DNA from: Schizosaccharomyces osmophilus
Taxonomy: Eukaryota
Direction of reading: 5' to 3'
Assembly (NCBI RefSeq): GCF_027921745.1
Contig: NC_079239.1
Coordinates: 2,480,001-2,544,000 of the forward strand
Length of the DNA stretch: 64,000 nucleotides
The translations under genes and the position numbers were made by a program. Positions within the stretch are counted from its first letter, which is position 1, and each line of letters begins with the position of its first letter. Under the pieces are notes generated by a model that was not told the origin of the DNA, made no database searches, and saw only the letters and a list, made by a program, of their open reading frames with translations. Shown here piece after piece: positions 1 through 11,741 of the stretch.

Positions 1-773
1 ATATACGCAAAAAGAAACTTTTCGATAAAAACAAGTATCTAAGCTTGTATGATATCATTCATGATAAAAGCCTTTTCAAGAAAAATAATGGAACAAGTCA
101 AGAAAATATCACTAATGAGGGTGAGAGGGATGATTTTTGTGTCGAAAGCACCATGAACAGAGTTGATGAAATTGCCCCATTTTACCCTTCCTTCAATTCC
201 TGTCGAGGAAACGAAGAACAACATAAGCGTCCTGGCTTTATGCATGTTGAGGATGAGTCAAATCTTATGTTAAAAAATGTCACTCCGAATTACGATTTTG
301 ATCCCAATTTAACTTCTGACCCGATTGGAGTACGGGTGCTTTCCATCTCGCCTTTCGACCAGGAAGACTATTTCCCGTATAATCGTTATGGCTATACCCG
401 TATATTCCCAAACATCACCTTTTATAGCGGAACTGTTGGTTACGAAACGCCTAGCCCAATCTCCACCCCCGACTCTTCTCTTGATCTTGTGCCAGCTACA
501 GATGATCCGAGTATTGCACCAGTTTTTAGTACATCAATAAGAACACCTAGGAGACCTAATTCACTGTCAACGCAGGGCAAGCGACAAATTACCTCTGCAA
601 ACGGTCGTTCAGCTTCTGTTCCACTCTATACTTCACGAACTTGTACCCAGCGTTGCGCATCAAGTAATGCACAACTTGCTCATTCGTCGGGAAGGAGTAA
701 CAGTAACTCTATGTTCCGCAAGATTTCTTCCCTTTTTTCTCCTCAAAAGAAACCCTACTCAGTGAATTATTAA
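1..773 (+). CDS. cdr1: Nim1/Cdr1 Ser/Thr kinase, C-terminal non-catalytic part (5' truncated by window)
   Basis: Frame open from base 3 (IRKKKLFDKNKYLSLYDIIHD...). Motifs PYNRYGYTRIFP, RSASVPL and FRKISSLF match the S. pombe Cdr1 C-terminus as I recall it. Adjacent to dut1, as in S. pombe. Confidence 0.8.
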   Translation, partial: IRKKKLFDKNKYLSLYDIIHDKSLFKKNNGTSQENITNEGERDDFCVESTMNRVDEIAPFYPSFNSCRGNEEQHKRPGFMHVEDESNLMLKNVTPNYDFDPNLTSDPIGVRVLSISPFDQEDYFPYNRYGYTRIFPNITFYSGTVGYETPSPISTPDSSLDLVPATDDPSIAPVFSTSIRTPRRPNSLSTQGKRQITSANGRSASVPLYTSRTCTQRCASSNAQLAHSSGRSNSNSMFRKISSLFSPQKKPYSVNY

Positions 774-1187
774 ACTATGGTTTTAGTATAATTAATGTTG
801 TTGAAATTGTTGTTTCAAAATTAATAACTAGGTTTTTACGTAATTTTTTTTTAAATATGAAAGTGGGTGAAATGACTGATGACTTTAATGAGATTCTGTG
901 GTCATGATAAATATTTTGATACTATTTCAGCTTTTCTCTTCTACAAATTTTTGTATGGATATTATTCTTCTATTGATAGTTTCCATTGGTATATTTCAAT
1001 GATAATTGAATTCTTTTCGTAATTAAGTGCTTCATTTTTGTAGTAGACGAAATAAGCACATAACACATAGGTATTAAAACATCACATGCGTTTACCCGTG
1101 TACAAGACAATACCTTTTGGCAAACCATTTAAAAGAAACCATCTACTTGCACTCAATTCGTCTAGCTATAATTTTGTTGGTACATGT

Positions 1188-1230
1188 GTAAACAAACGCG
1201 ACGCGTCGTGGCTTCAATTTTCGCGTCGCG
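1188..1230. promoter_or_regulatory. MCB cluster plus forkhead/FLEX motif in dut1 promoter
   Basis: GTAAACAAA at 1188-1196, ACGCGACGCGT at 1196-1206 and CGCGTCGCG at 1222-1230, about 90-130 bp upstream of the dUTPase ATG. Confidence 0.65.
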
Positions 1231-1316
1231 ATCTAAATTAAATAAGATATAAAGGATAGCTGAGGTAGTAGAACCTTGTAATTGTTTATTCTCATCAAAA
1301 ATCAATAACGTTTATA

Positions 1317-1739
1317 ATGAGTTTTTTTGTTCAAAAACTTTCTGATAAAGCTACAGTACCTACAAAAGGCTCTGCTCTGGCCGCTGGCTATGACTTGTAT
1401 GCATCAGCCGAATGCACTATTGCTGCCAATGGAAAAGCTTTGATAGACACAGATTTGTCAATTGCTGTTCCACAAGGCACTTACGGACGCATTGCTCCAC
1501 GAAGCGGACTTGCCGCTAAGCACTTCATTGACGTTGGTGCCGGTGTTATTGACGCTGACTATCGTGGACACGTTCGCGTTTTGCTCTTCAACCATGGGGG
1601 CTCTGATTTCCCAGTCAAAGTCGGTGACCGTATTGCCCAGATTATATTAGAAAGAATTATCACCCCTCCTGTTTTGCAGGTTGAGAACTTGGAGGCTACT
1701 GTTCGTGGCTCTGGCGGTTTTGGAAGCACCGGTGCTTAA
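1317..1739 (+). CDS. dut1: dUTP pyrophosphatase
   Basis: 140 aa with trimeric dUTPase motifs [23 protein letters not shown] and [10 protein letters not shown]. Confidence 0.97.
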   Translation: MSFFVQKLSDKATVPTKGSALAAGYDLYASAECTIAANGKALIDTDLSIAVPQGTYGRIAPRSGLAAKHFIDVGAGVIDADYRGHVRVLLFNHGGSDFPVKVGDRIAQIILERIITPPVLQVENLEATVRGSGGFGSTGA

Positions 1740-2299
1740 AAATCTAGGATGTGATATATGATTTTGTAAGAGTTGACAGAACTCGTGCATTTTCGTTTAA
1801 GTTTCTTTGATGAACCATTCCTTATGTATATGTATAATAGAATCTGATTCCCTTTTTTGTGTAATTTATATTTTTACTCTGTAGTCTCAGGATTGTAGAA
1901 CTAATTAATATTGCCGCATCTTTTATTTGGATTCCTCTAAACAATTTGATGAGAGTAATAACCGACTTTATGATTAAATTACGCTTCTAACCTATACTCC
2001 AGTGTTAAACAACAGCTGAGTACCCTGAATGACCCTTTGTAATTTAGTAATAAATTAAGGTACTGAAGGAAACATCCGAGGTTTATTGGAAGCTGAACTA
2101 GAAAATTGTACGACTGTTACATTCGTCAAAGGTTCCATAAATTTGACACCCAACTTGCATGTGAATTTGAGACGAGGATCTGTCTTTGAAGTGTCAGACA
2201 AGAGGAACCAACAGGCGGTTTGATCTGTAATACGAGCCAAGAAAAAACGGAAGGGTTAAAGAATTTTAAAGAGAAGTGTTGTTCAGGTAAGATGTACTT

Positions 2300-3284
2300 T
2301 TATGAGTTCTCACGACGAAGGATACGAATATTGTCTAAGAACAACTGAACCCTCCTATCCCAAGATGGCTCGACGCCTTCTTTAGCACGCATAGCTCGTT
2401 CACGTAAGCCCGCAGTATTATTGAATTCGACTTCTAATTCATGACGTTTCGTGGATTCGTACCTTGGATCATTTTGAATTGTCATGGTAAGATCAATTTT
2501 AACATCTTGGTGTTGGTACCCAACACGATCCTTGATTCTAGTCAACAAAGGGGAAGTCTCTTGGGAAGGCATAGAAACGGGAACTTCATCACTAATGGAA
2601 ATTCTGACATCAAAGGCATCATTAGGGCAGTATAGGTATAGGTCAGCAACTCGACGTTTCATTACGCAAGCAAGGACTCGATTATCTTTCTGGTCTCGAG
2701 TTACACGGACTCTATCATGGCCATGACTTTTAGAGTCATAAAACAAATCCACCTGCTTCACGTGTTTATAGACAATTGGAATTCGGCCGGGTCTTTGTGA
2801 TTCTCTAAATGCACTGTTCAAAAATTCATTAAAGTGTTTGTGTTCTGAAGCAGGCATATCGCTCTGAAACCGAGTCCGAAGATTGAACTCTGGATTTAAT
2901 ACGGTTTCACTCAAGACCGGAAATTCAAACCGACTTTGGGAATCAAGGTCTATCAATGTGCCAAGTTTCGCTTCAATCTGCATTATAAGAATTAGATACG
3001 AGTGCATTCAGGCGGACGATAATCTAGAAACCCTTTGAGACTTGACTTACCTCAATGTTTTCCACAGGCTCATTAGTCAAATAATGAAGTAGAAAATTCG
3101 AAACTGTTCGAGTTGTATCATGTAGAACAGGCTTATTTAGAATATTTATTTCCGGTTTTGTAACTGCAACGGTTTTCGGTTTTTTCTTATCACTCTCTGT
3201 TGTCTCGGGTTCGTTTTCAATTGTCCGCTTTTTTTCAACCTTTGAAAGGTCATTTTTGTCGTGTACTAACCCTTTAAAATCCAT
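2300..3284 (-). CDS. pct1: mRNA-capping RNA 5'-triphosphatase (CYTH family), 2 exons: 3284-3051, 2977-2300
   Basis: EIEAKLG motif is formed across a GTAAGT...CAG intron; HELEVEF motif near the C-terminus; spliced product is 303 aa. Confidence 0.92.
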
Positions 3285-4179
3285 TTCGTTAAGACGGGTC
3301 TGAGCTTCGCTTTTGGTGAAGTCTTGAATGTCTGTCTGATTTGGTTTTCGAACCATTTTGAGATTTTGGACTTCAAACAAAATATTATGGTTTTCTGTGT
3401 GGTTCAAAAAAGCTCTCACAAGGAAAACGATCCAATTCTGACAAAGATGATTGTAATTCAGTTATAGATTAACAGTCTCCAACATTAGGCTAAATGACAC
3501 TGTAGAAAAAAGTTGAGGGTACGTCTCTCTTTACTTATTTCAGTCAGTAAACCTTTTATGTTAATAATCTTATGGCGTCTTAAGTGGTAAAGTACTAGTT
3601 CCCTTAGGGAAAAAGAGAACCCTCAAATTGAGGATAGAATAGAGCAATAAGAGTAGCTCCTGTTTAATGACTGTCTGTCTTTACACGCTTTCCTATGTTT
3701 AACGCTCATTCCATGTCTCCCACTGAAATACTTAGATCCTTCGCCTTAATTGTTGCTTACAGCTGCAAGGGTTTGACACCGTAAAATTGTTTCATCTTAG
3801 TTTTCTTTTTCTTTGAGTTTTCTCTCCAATTCAGCATTTTAGTTACTGGCAATTAGTAGGTTTTCTGTTTCTTTTATTCAGCACAATTACGGCAACCTCC
3901 AAATTGTTAAACATTGCATTCAAGTTGCTCAATTTTTAAATATACATTAAATAAATGAATGAAAATTTGGGTAGGTCCCAAATAAACAAACATCTTGGAA
4001 TCTCTTATTAGGCTGACTTCCAACATTCATAGGTATTATGCAACACATATACCATTCATCTAAGAGGGTCAGACTGTTCGATTTTTGAGTTAAGTTTTAG
4101 AAAGATACAAAGATATTTTATACAATCGAGCTTTTTAGGTGTTTCCTAAGTTTCTATAGCACCCCAGAACGAAATAAAC

Positions 4180-4968
4180 ATGGGACTCACATCCTGGCTA
4201 TTTGGAGGCCAAAAATCACCACAGGAACAGTTACGTGCTCATCAAAGATCTCTTGGAAGAGCTGAGCGGGAGTTAGACCGTGAAAAGGTCAAACTGGATC
4301 AGCGAGAGAAATCTTTGGTTCAAGAGATTAAATCAAGTGCAAAAGCAGGGAATACAGGTGCCGCTAGGATTCAAGCTCGAGATATGATGCGTTTGCGAAA
4401 TAGCAGAAAAAAGATGATGAATGCAAAGACTCAATTACAAGCCATATCTCTTCGTCTTCAGGTAAGTCGCCTATGGAAAGCCTTGCATATGATGACAAGG
4501 AACTATGAAGATTAAGGGAACATCTATTAACAAAACTCAAATAGACAACGAGAACAAGTGAACAAATGATGCAAAGTATGCGTGGTGCTACTCGGGTATG
4601 TATTCTTTAGAAAATCAAGCAATTGGCTTCTTGAGGGTATTGGACATTGCTAATACAACCTATTTTAGTTGCTCGGTGGCATGAATAAGAGCATGAATTT
4701 GCCAGCTATGTCACGTATTGCTCAGCAATTTGAAAGAGAAAACGACATGATGGAACAACGCCAAGAAATGATAGATGAAAGTATGGATGATGCTTTGGAA
4801 GGTGACGACGAAGACGAAGCCGATGAGCTTGTAGACAAAGTCTTGGATGAGGTAGGTGTAGATTTATCCCAGGGACTACCAGATGCCGCAACACAAGTGG
4901 GAAGTGTACCAGAGCTCAAGTCAGAGGGCAATTTACAAGCAAGATTGGATGACCTAGCTAAACGATGA
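4180..4968 (+). CDS. did4: ESCRT-III subunit Did4/Vps2, 3 exons: 4180-4461, 4545-4595, 4669-4968
   Basis: Snf7-family helices and C-terminal MIM (LQARLDDL). Canonical GTAAGT/GTATGT...TAG introns give an in-frame 210-aa product. Confidence 0.93.
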
Positions 4969-5256
4969 TACGATCTTTTAATTAACGATGCACAATTCAA
5001 TTTTTTTTCTAATGAACTTTGTATCTTACTGTGCTTAAGTGTTTCTTGTGTTCAATATTTGTGTACTTCGTATTTTTCCAATAACCAGCGTTGAGTAATT
5101 GAAAAAACCATTCTTCTGCTGTAAATAGAAAAAAAAAGGAGCTGAAATTAAAGACGTAAAAATTTTATTTTTGGAAGAGCACTGGAAAATAGGGTGGGTT
5201 GGATAGCTTTTGGCGTATGAAAAAAGGAAGGATTGCAAGAATTATTAAAGATGTAT

Positions 5257-6102
5257 TCATGAGCTGGGTTTTTTCTGTGTGACATGGTCGGGATATTGTT
5301 TAACGAAAGCTTCAGCGGTATTTTCGGCGCGAACCAAGTTTTTGGCAATTTCGAAAATATCTTTCTTGTTTTTTTTGTATGCCCAAACATGCTCCAAACG
5401 ACGAGACCAATTGACACGCAAATCACCAACGGCAAAAGGAGGCAAGGGAGCTTCAGTCAAACTAGGACTCCAGGTAACTTTAGCGACAGTAGACTCCTTT
5501 GTGTCCATACTGCCGTCAGCGCGTTGAGGCTTATCATCCTTTGGGGTTGGGAGGTGAACGTCTTTATTGTCGATTCCTTCGTAATTAGGAGCGATTAATT
5601 TTCGACCTTTTGGGGAATTGGATTTTGAAGTGGCTTCCACGGGTACAAGGACGCGTTTTCCGTCGGTACTTTTAGCGTTTGCTAGCAACTGAATTTGCGA
5701 ATAGGGAATTTCGTGGGCGAGATCCACAACAGGGTCCTTGCCATCTTCCGGAGGGCTTCTTAAAAGATACTTGGGTATTCTTACGGATCGCACATTTACA
5801 CCTTCGATGGTAATGCCATTTGTGTATTTGTTTGTATCCAACACACGGCCCCATTTCCCTTTGTTAGGGCCGCTATGAACGTGAACGTAGTCACCTTTGA
5901 AAACATTCCAGTAAGGTATTCTTGAGGTAGGAGGTACGACTGGTAATTCCAATTGAGCTTCAGTAGGATCCCTATCGAATTCCTTGCTTCTTAGATGATC
6001 GTAAAGACGCGTCCGCATGTGAACAGGCAAACTGCGTTTGGATCTCAAAAGGCTTTTCCCACCTCCATAATACTTTGGAAACACAGTCCGCAAATCTTTC
6101 AT
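5257..6102 (-). CDS. mrpl40: Mitochondrial ribosomal protein uL24m (MrpL40)
   Basis: KOW motif WNVFKGDYVHVHSGPNKGKWGRV...ITIEGVN; synteny. Confidence 0.85.
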   Translation of the reverse strand: MKDLRTVFPKYYGGGKSLLRSKRSLPVHMRTRLYDHLRSKEFDRDPTEAQLELPVVPPTSRIPYWNVFKGDYVHVHSGPNKGKWGRVLDTNKYTNGITIEGVNVRSVRIPKYLLRSPPEDGKDPVVDLAHEIPYSQIQLLANAKSTDGKRVLVPVEATSKSNSPKGRKLIAPNYEGIDNKDVHLPTPKDDKPQRADGSMDTKESTVAKVTWSPSLTEAPLPPFAVGDLRVNWSRRLEHVWAYKKNKKDIFEIAKNLVRAENTAEAFVKQYPDHVTQKKPSS

Positions 6103-6921
6103 ACCGTACCTGTATCGAGTTGAGATGGGGATTCAAAAGTTCTACCAAAATTTACCAATAAAGCAGTCAAATCTTCCAATAAAAGAGTGACTCCTATTTA
6201 ACCAAATGTAGTGACTTAAACTCACTAATTTTAACAAGAAAATGCTAATTCATGTAACTTCCAGGAGCATGCAAATTCAATGCTGCATTCCTACCAAGTT
6301 GCTGCTAGTAAGGATATAGCTATTAGCGAAGGCGAACGCAACAAAGGATGCAGGATTCAACGAGTAGAAATTCGAATGCGGAAAAACATTCCAGCCTAGC
6401 AGTACTTTTCAGTATAATAATATTTGTAAGTAATATAGCTGTAAAATTTGTTATAAGTATATTAGACATATATGCTAAATAGGAGATACTGTGTAAACAT
6501 AAAACAAGAAAGCTTTCATGGAAAACAAAATGTTATCAAGTCAACAATAAAGAAGTCTACTTTGTCAATTAATACGTGTCCATGAGTATCTGGTTCTTCT
6601 TCGCATTGCTTGTACTAATAGTGCTACCAGCCATAAAATGAAATATCAAATGCGTTCCCTGTACAGTTGGAACCTATTTAATATCAGATTCAAATTTACC
6701 TTTGTTTCAGATAGATGCAATCGCTTCTAAACGAACAGACGAATTGCCTGTCTTTTCAAATAATAAAAAAAATAGATGATGGGCATCTTTGTTTACTTAA
6801 AAACGATTTGAAAAGACGTTCGACATCGTTAGTGTACATTGCGATCGACCTTGTGCTTCCCTATTTGTTCATGAAGCAACTTCCATGTTTTGACTAAAAC
6901 AAACAACTTTCTCCTAGCAAG

Positions 6922-7794
6922 ATGGGAGCTATAAATCAACCTGTAGGACAAATTCGATTGACAAATGTATCTGTTGTGAAATATAAAAAAGGTGGAAAAC
7001 GTTTCGAAATCGCTTGTTACAAAAACAAAGTGACGGAATGGAGAAACAAAATGTAAGAAAAAACAGAATGGAGGGAGTATGGTTTCTACTAATGTGGATT
7101 GGCTTTGCCAAGCTTTGAGTAGAACTGGAACTTCCAATTGTCGGCTGATTTTCGTCGTACCGACATTTGCTAACCATTCGCCAGTGAGACGGACCTTGAC
7201 GAAGTTTTACAAATTCATAATGTATTCAGCAATGTCTCTAAAGGTCATGTTTCCAGCAAAAACGACCTGAAAAGTGCTTTTGGCACAGATGATGTAGACG
7301 CTATTATCTTGGAAATTTTACAAAAGGGTGATTTTCAAGTTGGTGATAAAGAAAGAAGCCACCAGATGTCTTCTACTTATCGTGACATTGTTTCGCATGT
7401 TACTCTCATGTGCGTTGACCCTAACACCCGCCGTCCTTATCCTGCATCCATTATTGAGAAGGCTATTTCAGACTGTGGATTTTCTGTTTCTAGCAAGAGC
7501 GCTAAGTCTCAAGCATTAGAAGCGATTCGTAAGCTTCAGGAGAAGGGAGAAATTCCAATTGTGCGTGCTCGTATGCGTATCCGTGTTGTCATCGATATCA
7601 AGCAAGGAAAGCCTTTGCGTGAAAAAATTCGTTCTTTGGCAGATGAGGTTGAAGAAGAAAATATGGACGACGAGTATGAGTGTGTTGCTCTCGTCCTTCC
7701 CGGGAATTACAAAACGCTAGACGAGCTTATTCGCAATGAAACAAAGGGCCGTGGTATGGTGCAGCTTTTGGATATGAACGAGTCAAGGGCATAG
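6922..7794 (+). CDS. sdo1: SBDS-family ribosome maturation factor, 2 exons: 6922-7052, 7185-7794
   Basis: N-terminus [37 protein letters not shown]. Intron GTAAGA...GCTAAC...CAG; 246 aa spliced. Confidence 0.95.
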
Positions 7795-8463
7795 AAAATA
7801 TTATTATTTGCTTTGGTGCTTTCCTTTGAAGAATCAATTTGCATTGTCCTGTTTGCGTTAATCCGTTTGCTGAATGTCAATGTTTTGGGGATGGATTTTT
7901 GGATTTCTTAATTCAAAACTTGTTAATTTATTAGATCTTTTGGGTTAAAAAAAATAAACAGCTTTACTTTTTCATTTTAATGGTTTCTGTTCGATTTTTG
8001 CATCTCTGGCTATTGTAGTCCATGTTTGTGTACGACGGTACAGAGAAAGAGAGAAGAAGCAAAACGTCCGCTCATACTTTGTAGATTAAAAAACTCTAGA
8101 CTAGTAGCGCTTCGTAAATTGATCTTGTAGGAGAAACAGCTTTACACTAAGAATACCCATTCCTCCTTTTGCTATACCTCTATTTATTTACTGTTTGCAA
8201 TTACCGAAATTTTATTTTCTCGTTATTCCAGTTAAAATATGCATACGGTCTCACTATTATGCTTGTCTTGACACCAACAAACCCTCTGCTTTTTTCAATT
8301 TCATCTACCTTTTGGATTTCTAGAGCCAAATTATTGATTATTGTTGATTTATACTTTATATTTTTGAAAGCAGAAATTACCACCGGTGCTAGAGCTTGTA
8401 GCATTTCTTTGTGGCCTTCTGAAAGAAAATAGACTGGGAATTTGTTACCATAAAGACAGAAAA

Positions 8464-9384
8464 ATGGGGCCAATTAAGAATAAAATTGTTCGTCAGCAAT
8501 TGTACTTGAAAGAATTACAAAGAAGAAAGAAAGAAAAATTGGAAAAACGAAAGGATAGAGCCAAAGAAGAAGAAAAGGAACCAGAAAAGAAAGCGGCTCG
8601 CCTTGCTGAAAATGTACCTGAAACCATTGAATCCAAACGAGTTTACGATGAGACGGTTTTGCAAGATGAGCCAGATGAAGAGGTGCAGGCTGAAATCCAA
8701 GACGATGAGTTTGCTGCCTATTTTAACGAGGAGAGAAGATTCCCCAAACTATTGGTAACTACCAGCAAACGCGCTTCACGGAAGTGTTATGACTTTGCTT
8801 CAGAATTACTGGACTGCTTTCCGAATGCGGAATTCCGTAAACGAACCGGGAATATTGAAATCCATGAAATTGCTGAAGCGGCTACCAAACGCGGTTATAC
8901 TGACTTGATTGTCTTGAATGAAGATCGCAAACAGACCAACGCTCTCACTTTAATTCATTTACCAAGTGGACCTTCTTTTTACTTTACTCTTTCCAGTATT
9001 CAGTCTGCACAAGAAATATCCAACCATGGTCGCTCAAGTGGTCATATTCCAGAACTGATCATTAACAACTTTAGCACTCGGTTGGGTTTAACAGTTGCTC
9101 GCGCTTTCCAATCTTTGTTTATCCAGCAACCTCAAATCCAGGGTCGACAAGTTGTAACTATTCATTGCCAACGTGATTTTCTTTTCTTCCGTCGTCACCG
9201 TTACGACTTTCGAGAAAGGTCGAATCGACCAGATGGCATCGGTACAGGTTTGCAGGAATTAGGACCACGTTTCACCATGCGCTTAAGAATGGTTCAAAGA
9301 GGAATTTGGGATAATAAGAAAGGCGAAGTCTTCTTTGAAAGCAACGCTGGCGAGGAATCTGATAGACGCAAATTCTGGCTTTAA
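8464..9384 (+). CDS. rpf1: Brix-domain ribosome biogenesis protein Rpf1
   Basis: PELIINNFSTRLG, DFLFFRRHRY and LQELGPRFT motifs; first ATG at 8464 gives 306 aa. Confidence 0.9.
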   Translation: MGPIKNKIVRQQLYLKELQRRKKEKLEKRKDRAKEEEKEPEKKAARLAENVPETIESKRVYDETVLQDEPDEEVQAEIQDDEFAAYFNEERRFPKLLVTTSKRASRKCYDFASELLDCFPNAEFRKRTGNIEIHEIAEAATKRGYTDLIVLNEDRKQTNALTLIHLPSGPSFYFTLSSIQSAQEISNHGRSSGHIPELIINNFSTRLGLTVARAFQSLFIQQPQIQGRQVVTIHCQRDFLFFRRHRYDFRERSNRPDGIGTGLQELGPRFTMRLRMVQRGIWDNKKGEVFFESNAGEESDRRKFWL

Positions 9385-9752
9385 AAAAATGGGCGGTGTA
9401 TCTACGAATATGTATTATATTTTCATCTTTTGATCGTTTCAGGATGTGAAGCAATGGTCACGTGTGGTACAGTGTTATTTAATCAAAAGTCTTCGATTGG
9501 AACAAAACAAAAAACAAAAAGAACTAGAGCTTACTTTTGGAATTTGAATCGGGGTTTATGAGGGAAAAATAAGTCTTACTTAATAATATTTTGGCTTTAA
9601 TATAAAATGTATTTCTGTGAGGCTTTCCTGTAATTAAATGATAAGTAAAGAGAAGGGCTGAAGAAATCTAAAGTACCATTTCACACTCGCTCAAAAACTG
9701 TTCACCTCTGTTGCAACGACTGTAAAACATGAAACACATGCCGAACGAAAAG

Positions 9753-10130
9753 TTAACTCATAATTCTTGGGGGAGTGTCTGTGGGTATCCGTGTCTGTAT
9801 AGGGAATCTCCGACTTTTTGATCCTGTCATAGAGGCATTAAACAGACTTTCGCTGGTTAAACGAAGTTCCTCACAGGCCTCTTGCATAGCTTGGAATTGT
9901 TTCTCATATGAACATTTCAATTCTTTTTGCTTTCTACTTTGATGTATGCCCCAGGCTCTATTGATAATTTCATGCTTTTTCCATGATTCCTTGTCCATAT
10001 GTAGAGCATTTTCATTGGGGATTTCATACAATGCACTTCTCAGAAGCTGCACGGATTCATCACGAACACTAGGGCCAGTTTTCTTACTTGCTTTTGTAGC
10101 TTTTGCCAAAAGCCGTAAAGTAGACTTCAT
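9753..10130 (-). CDS. mrpl28: Mitochondrial ribosomal protein mL40 (MrpL28)
   Basis: HEIINRAW...MQEACEEL...RFPIQTRIPTDTPP, typical of the fungal MRP-L28 family. Confidence 0.85.
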   Translation of the reverse strand: MKSTLRLLAKATKASKKTGPSVRDESVQLLRSALYEIPNENALHMDKESWKKHEIINRAWGIHQSRKQKELKCSYEKQFQAMQEACEELRLTSESLFNASMTGSKSRRFPIQTRIPTDTPPRIMS

Positions 10131-10726
10131 GCTGGATCAACTTTTTTTAGAGCTTTTTCAAGAAACTGAATTTAGTAAATCCAAATCGAAAAGGCCGAAA
10201 TACAAACCAATGCTTAACCAAAAAAAGACCGAGGAAGTGTGACAGGGTTAGACAGGTATTTACTGAGTACACTGCCTAATAGGGTAGCCCAAGGACCAAA
10301 GACAGAGACTGGACTTGAAAAGAGAACGAAGTAAATAAAGTGATTAAATATACTTTTTCCTTTTTTTCTGGTTTCTTATTCCCCCGTTTTGCCGAAAAGC
10401 ATTTACAGTCACTTTGGTTACCTTGGAGTACTTGAAAAGTAAGTATGTGAATACGGTTGTAAAGTTTAGGATTTCCCTTTATCAAAGTTCCACAATTATT
10501 ACACGCAATCACAGATGAAAGCCGTTCCAAGGCCCATAAAAGAAGCGTTCAACTGTGTTTTCTCTTCAAGTTGTGAGTAACAACTAAAAGTGTTACCTCA
10601 CGAAAGGAAACCAACCTTGCCATATTCTTACGACGTGCCGCTTTCATTCAAGTGTTTCTTTACGCACAGTTTAAGGGAGCTGCTGGCTATTTATTTCTTA
10701 TATTTCTCCTCTTTTGTTTGACAGCA

Positions 10727-11245
10727 ATGCTATTCTTTCAGAGGTCTCTGCTGCCTATCTTTGGCGCGCGACAAATACCAAGACTTTTCGGCAGGATACC
10801 AAGCATACCAAGCGCTGTGAGCATTCCAAATGTTCGTTCTTTTCAAAACTCTTCCATTTTGATGCGTACACTAAACCAGTCCATGAAGAAGAAAAACAAG
10901 AATGTGTCAAACACGAATCAACAACAGTCATTATCACTTGAGGGTGGTCCCTTCAGACGAGGCGTGTGTACGCGTGTCTTTACAGTGAAACCAAAAAAAC
11001 CAAACTCCGCTGTCCGTAAAGTCGCAAGAGTTCGTCTTTCATCGGGCCGATTTGTTACTGCTTACATTCCAGGAATTGGTCATAATGCTCAAGAGCATGC
11101 TGTCGTGTTAGTTCGAGGAGGTAGAGCGCAAGATTGTCCTGGTGTCCAGTATCACATTATCCGAGGCGTATACGATATTGCTGGTGTTGTAGGCCGTGTT
11201 TCGTCGCGGAGCAAATACGGAGTGAAAAAACCAAAGACTACTTGA
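10727..11245 (+). CDS. mrps12: Mitochondrial ribosomal protein uS12m
   Basis: [19 protein letters not shown] and DCPGVQY S12 motifs, preceded by an Arg/Ser-rich presequence. Confidence 0.93.
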   Translation: MLFFQRSLLPIFGARQIPRLFGRIPSIPSAVSIPNVRSFQNSSILMRTLNQSMKKKNKNVSNTNQQQSLSLEGGPFRRGVCTRVFTVKPKKPNSAVRKVARVRLSSGRFVTAYIPGIGHNAQEHAVVLVRGGRAQDCPGVQYHIIRGVYDIAGVVGRVSSRSKYGVKKPKTT

Positions 11246-11741
11246 GCGTACGACGAACGCTATTCTCTATGTGCAAGAGTTACCCTCTAGAGAAAGGGGT
11301 TGAATTTTTTTTTGTGATGTGTACAACAATTAAGGAAAACCTGTATCTTGTTTGGTTGTTGCCAGCGAACTATCGACTTGTATGAATTAGGTCGAATGTT
11401 CGTTGTGATGGAAGCGTATCAAATTCCTTTCGTTCGTTCTCATAATTAATTTTTGACGGAAAGATTGCTGTTAGTAAAATGCCAACCACGAAGATTGGAA
11501 ACGCACCCTTTTAATTTCCTTGGAATATCTATTTTATGTGAGAAGCACATAAAACAACACATCTTAAGCGTGTATATTTTCATCATAATCGTACTGAATG
11601 CTTAGTTACTTACTTATTTTACTTGACAGTACCGAATGCAATGAAACTGGTCCAAAAGAGACTCATGAAATTTGTAAAGAAATGAAATTAAACTACATAA
11701 ATTCTTTAACCTTAGACTCAACAACACATATAACACGTAAT

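Noticed and set aside
5257..11245. Five adjacent ribosome-related genes as a functional cluster
   Set aside because: Mixed mitochondrial and cytosolic roles and orientations; order matches recalled S. pombe synteny; no shared motif demonstrated.
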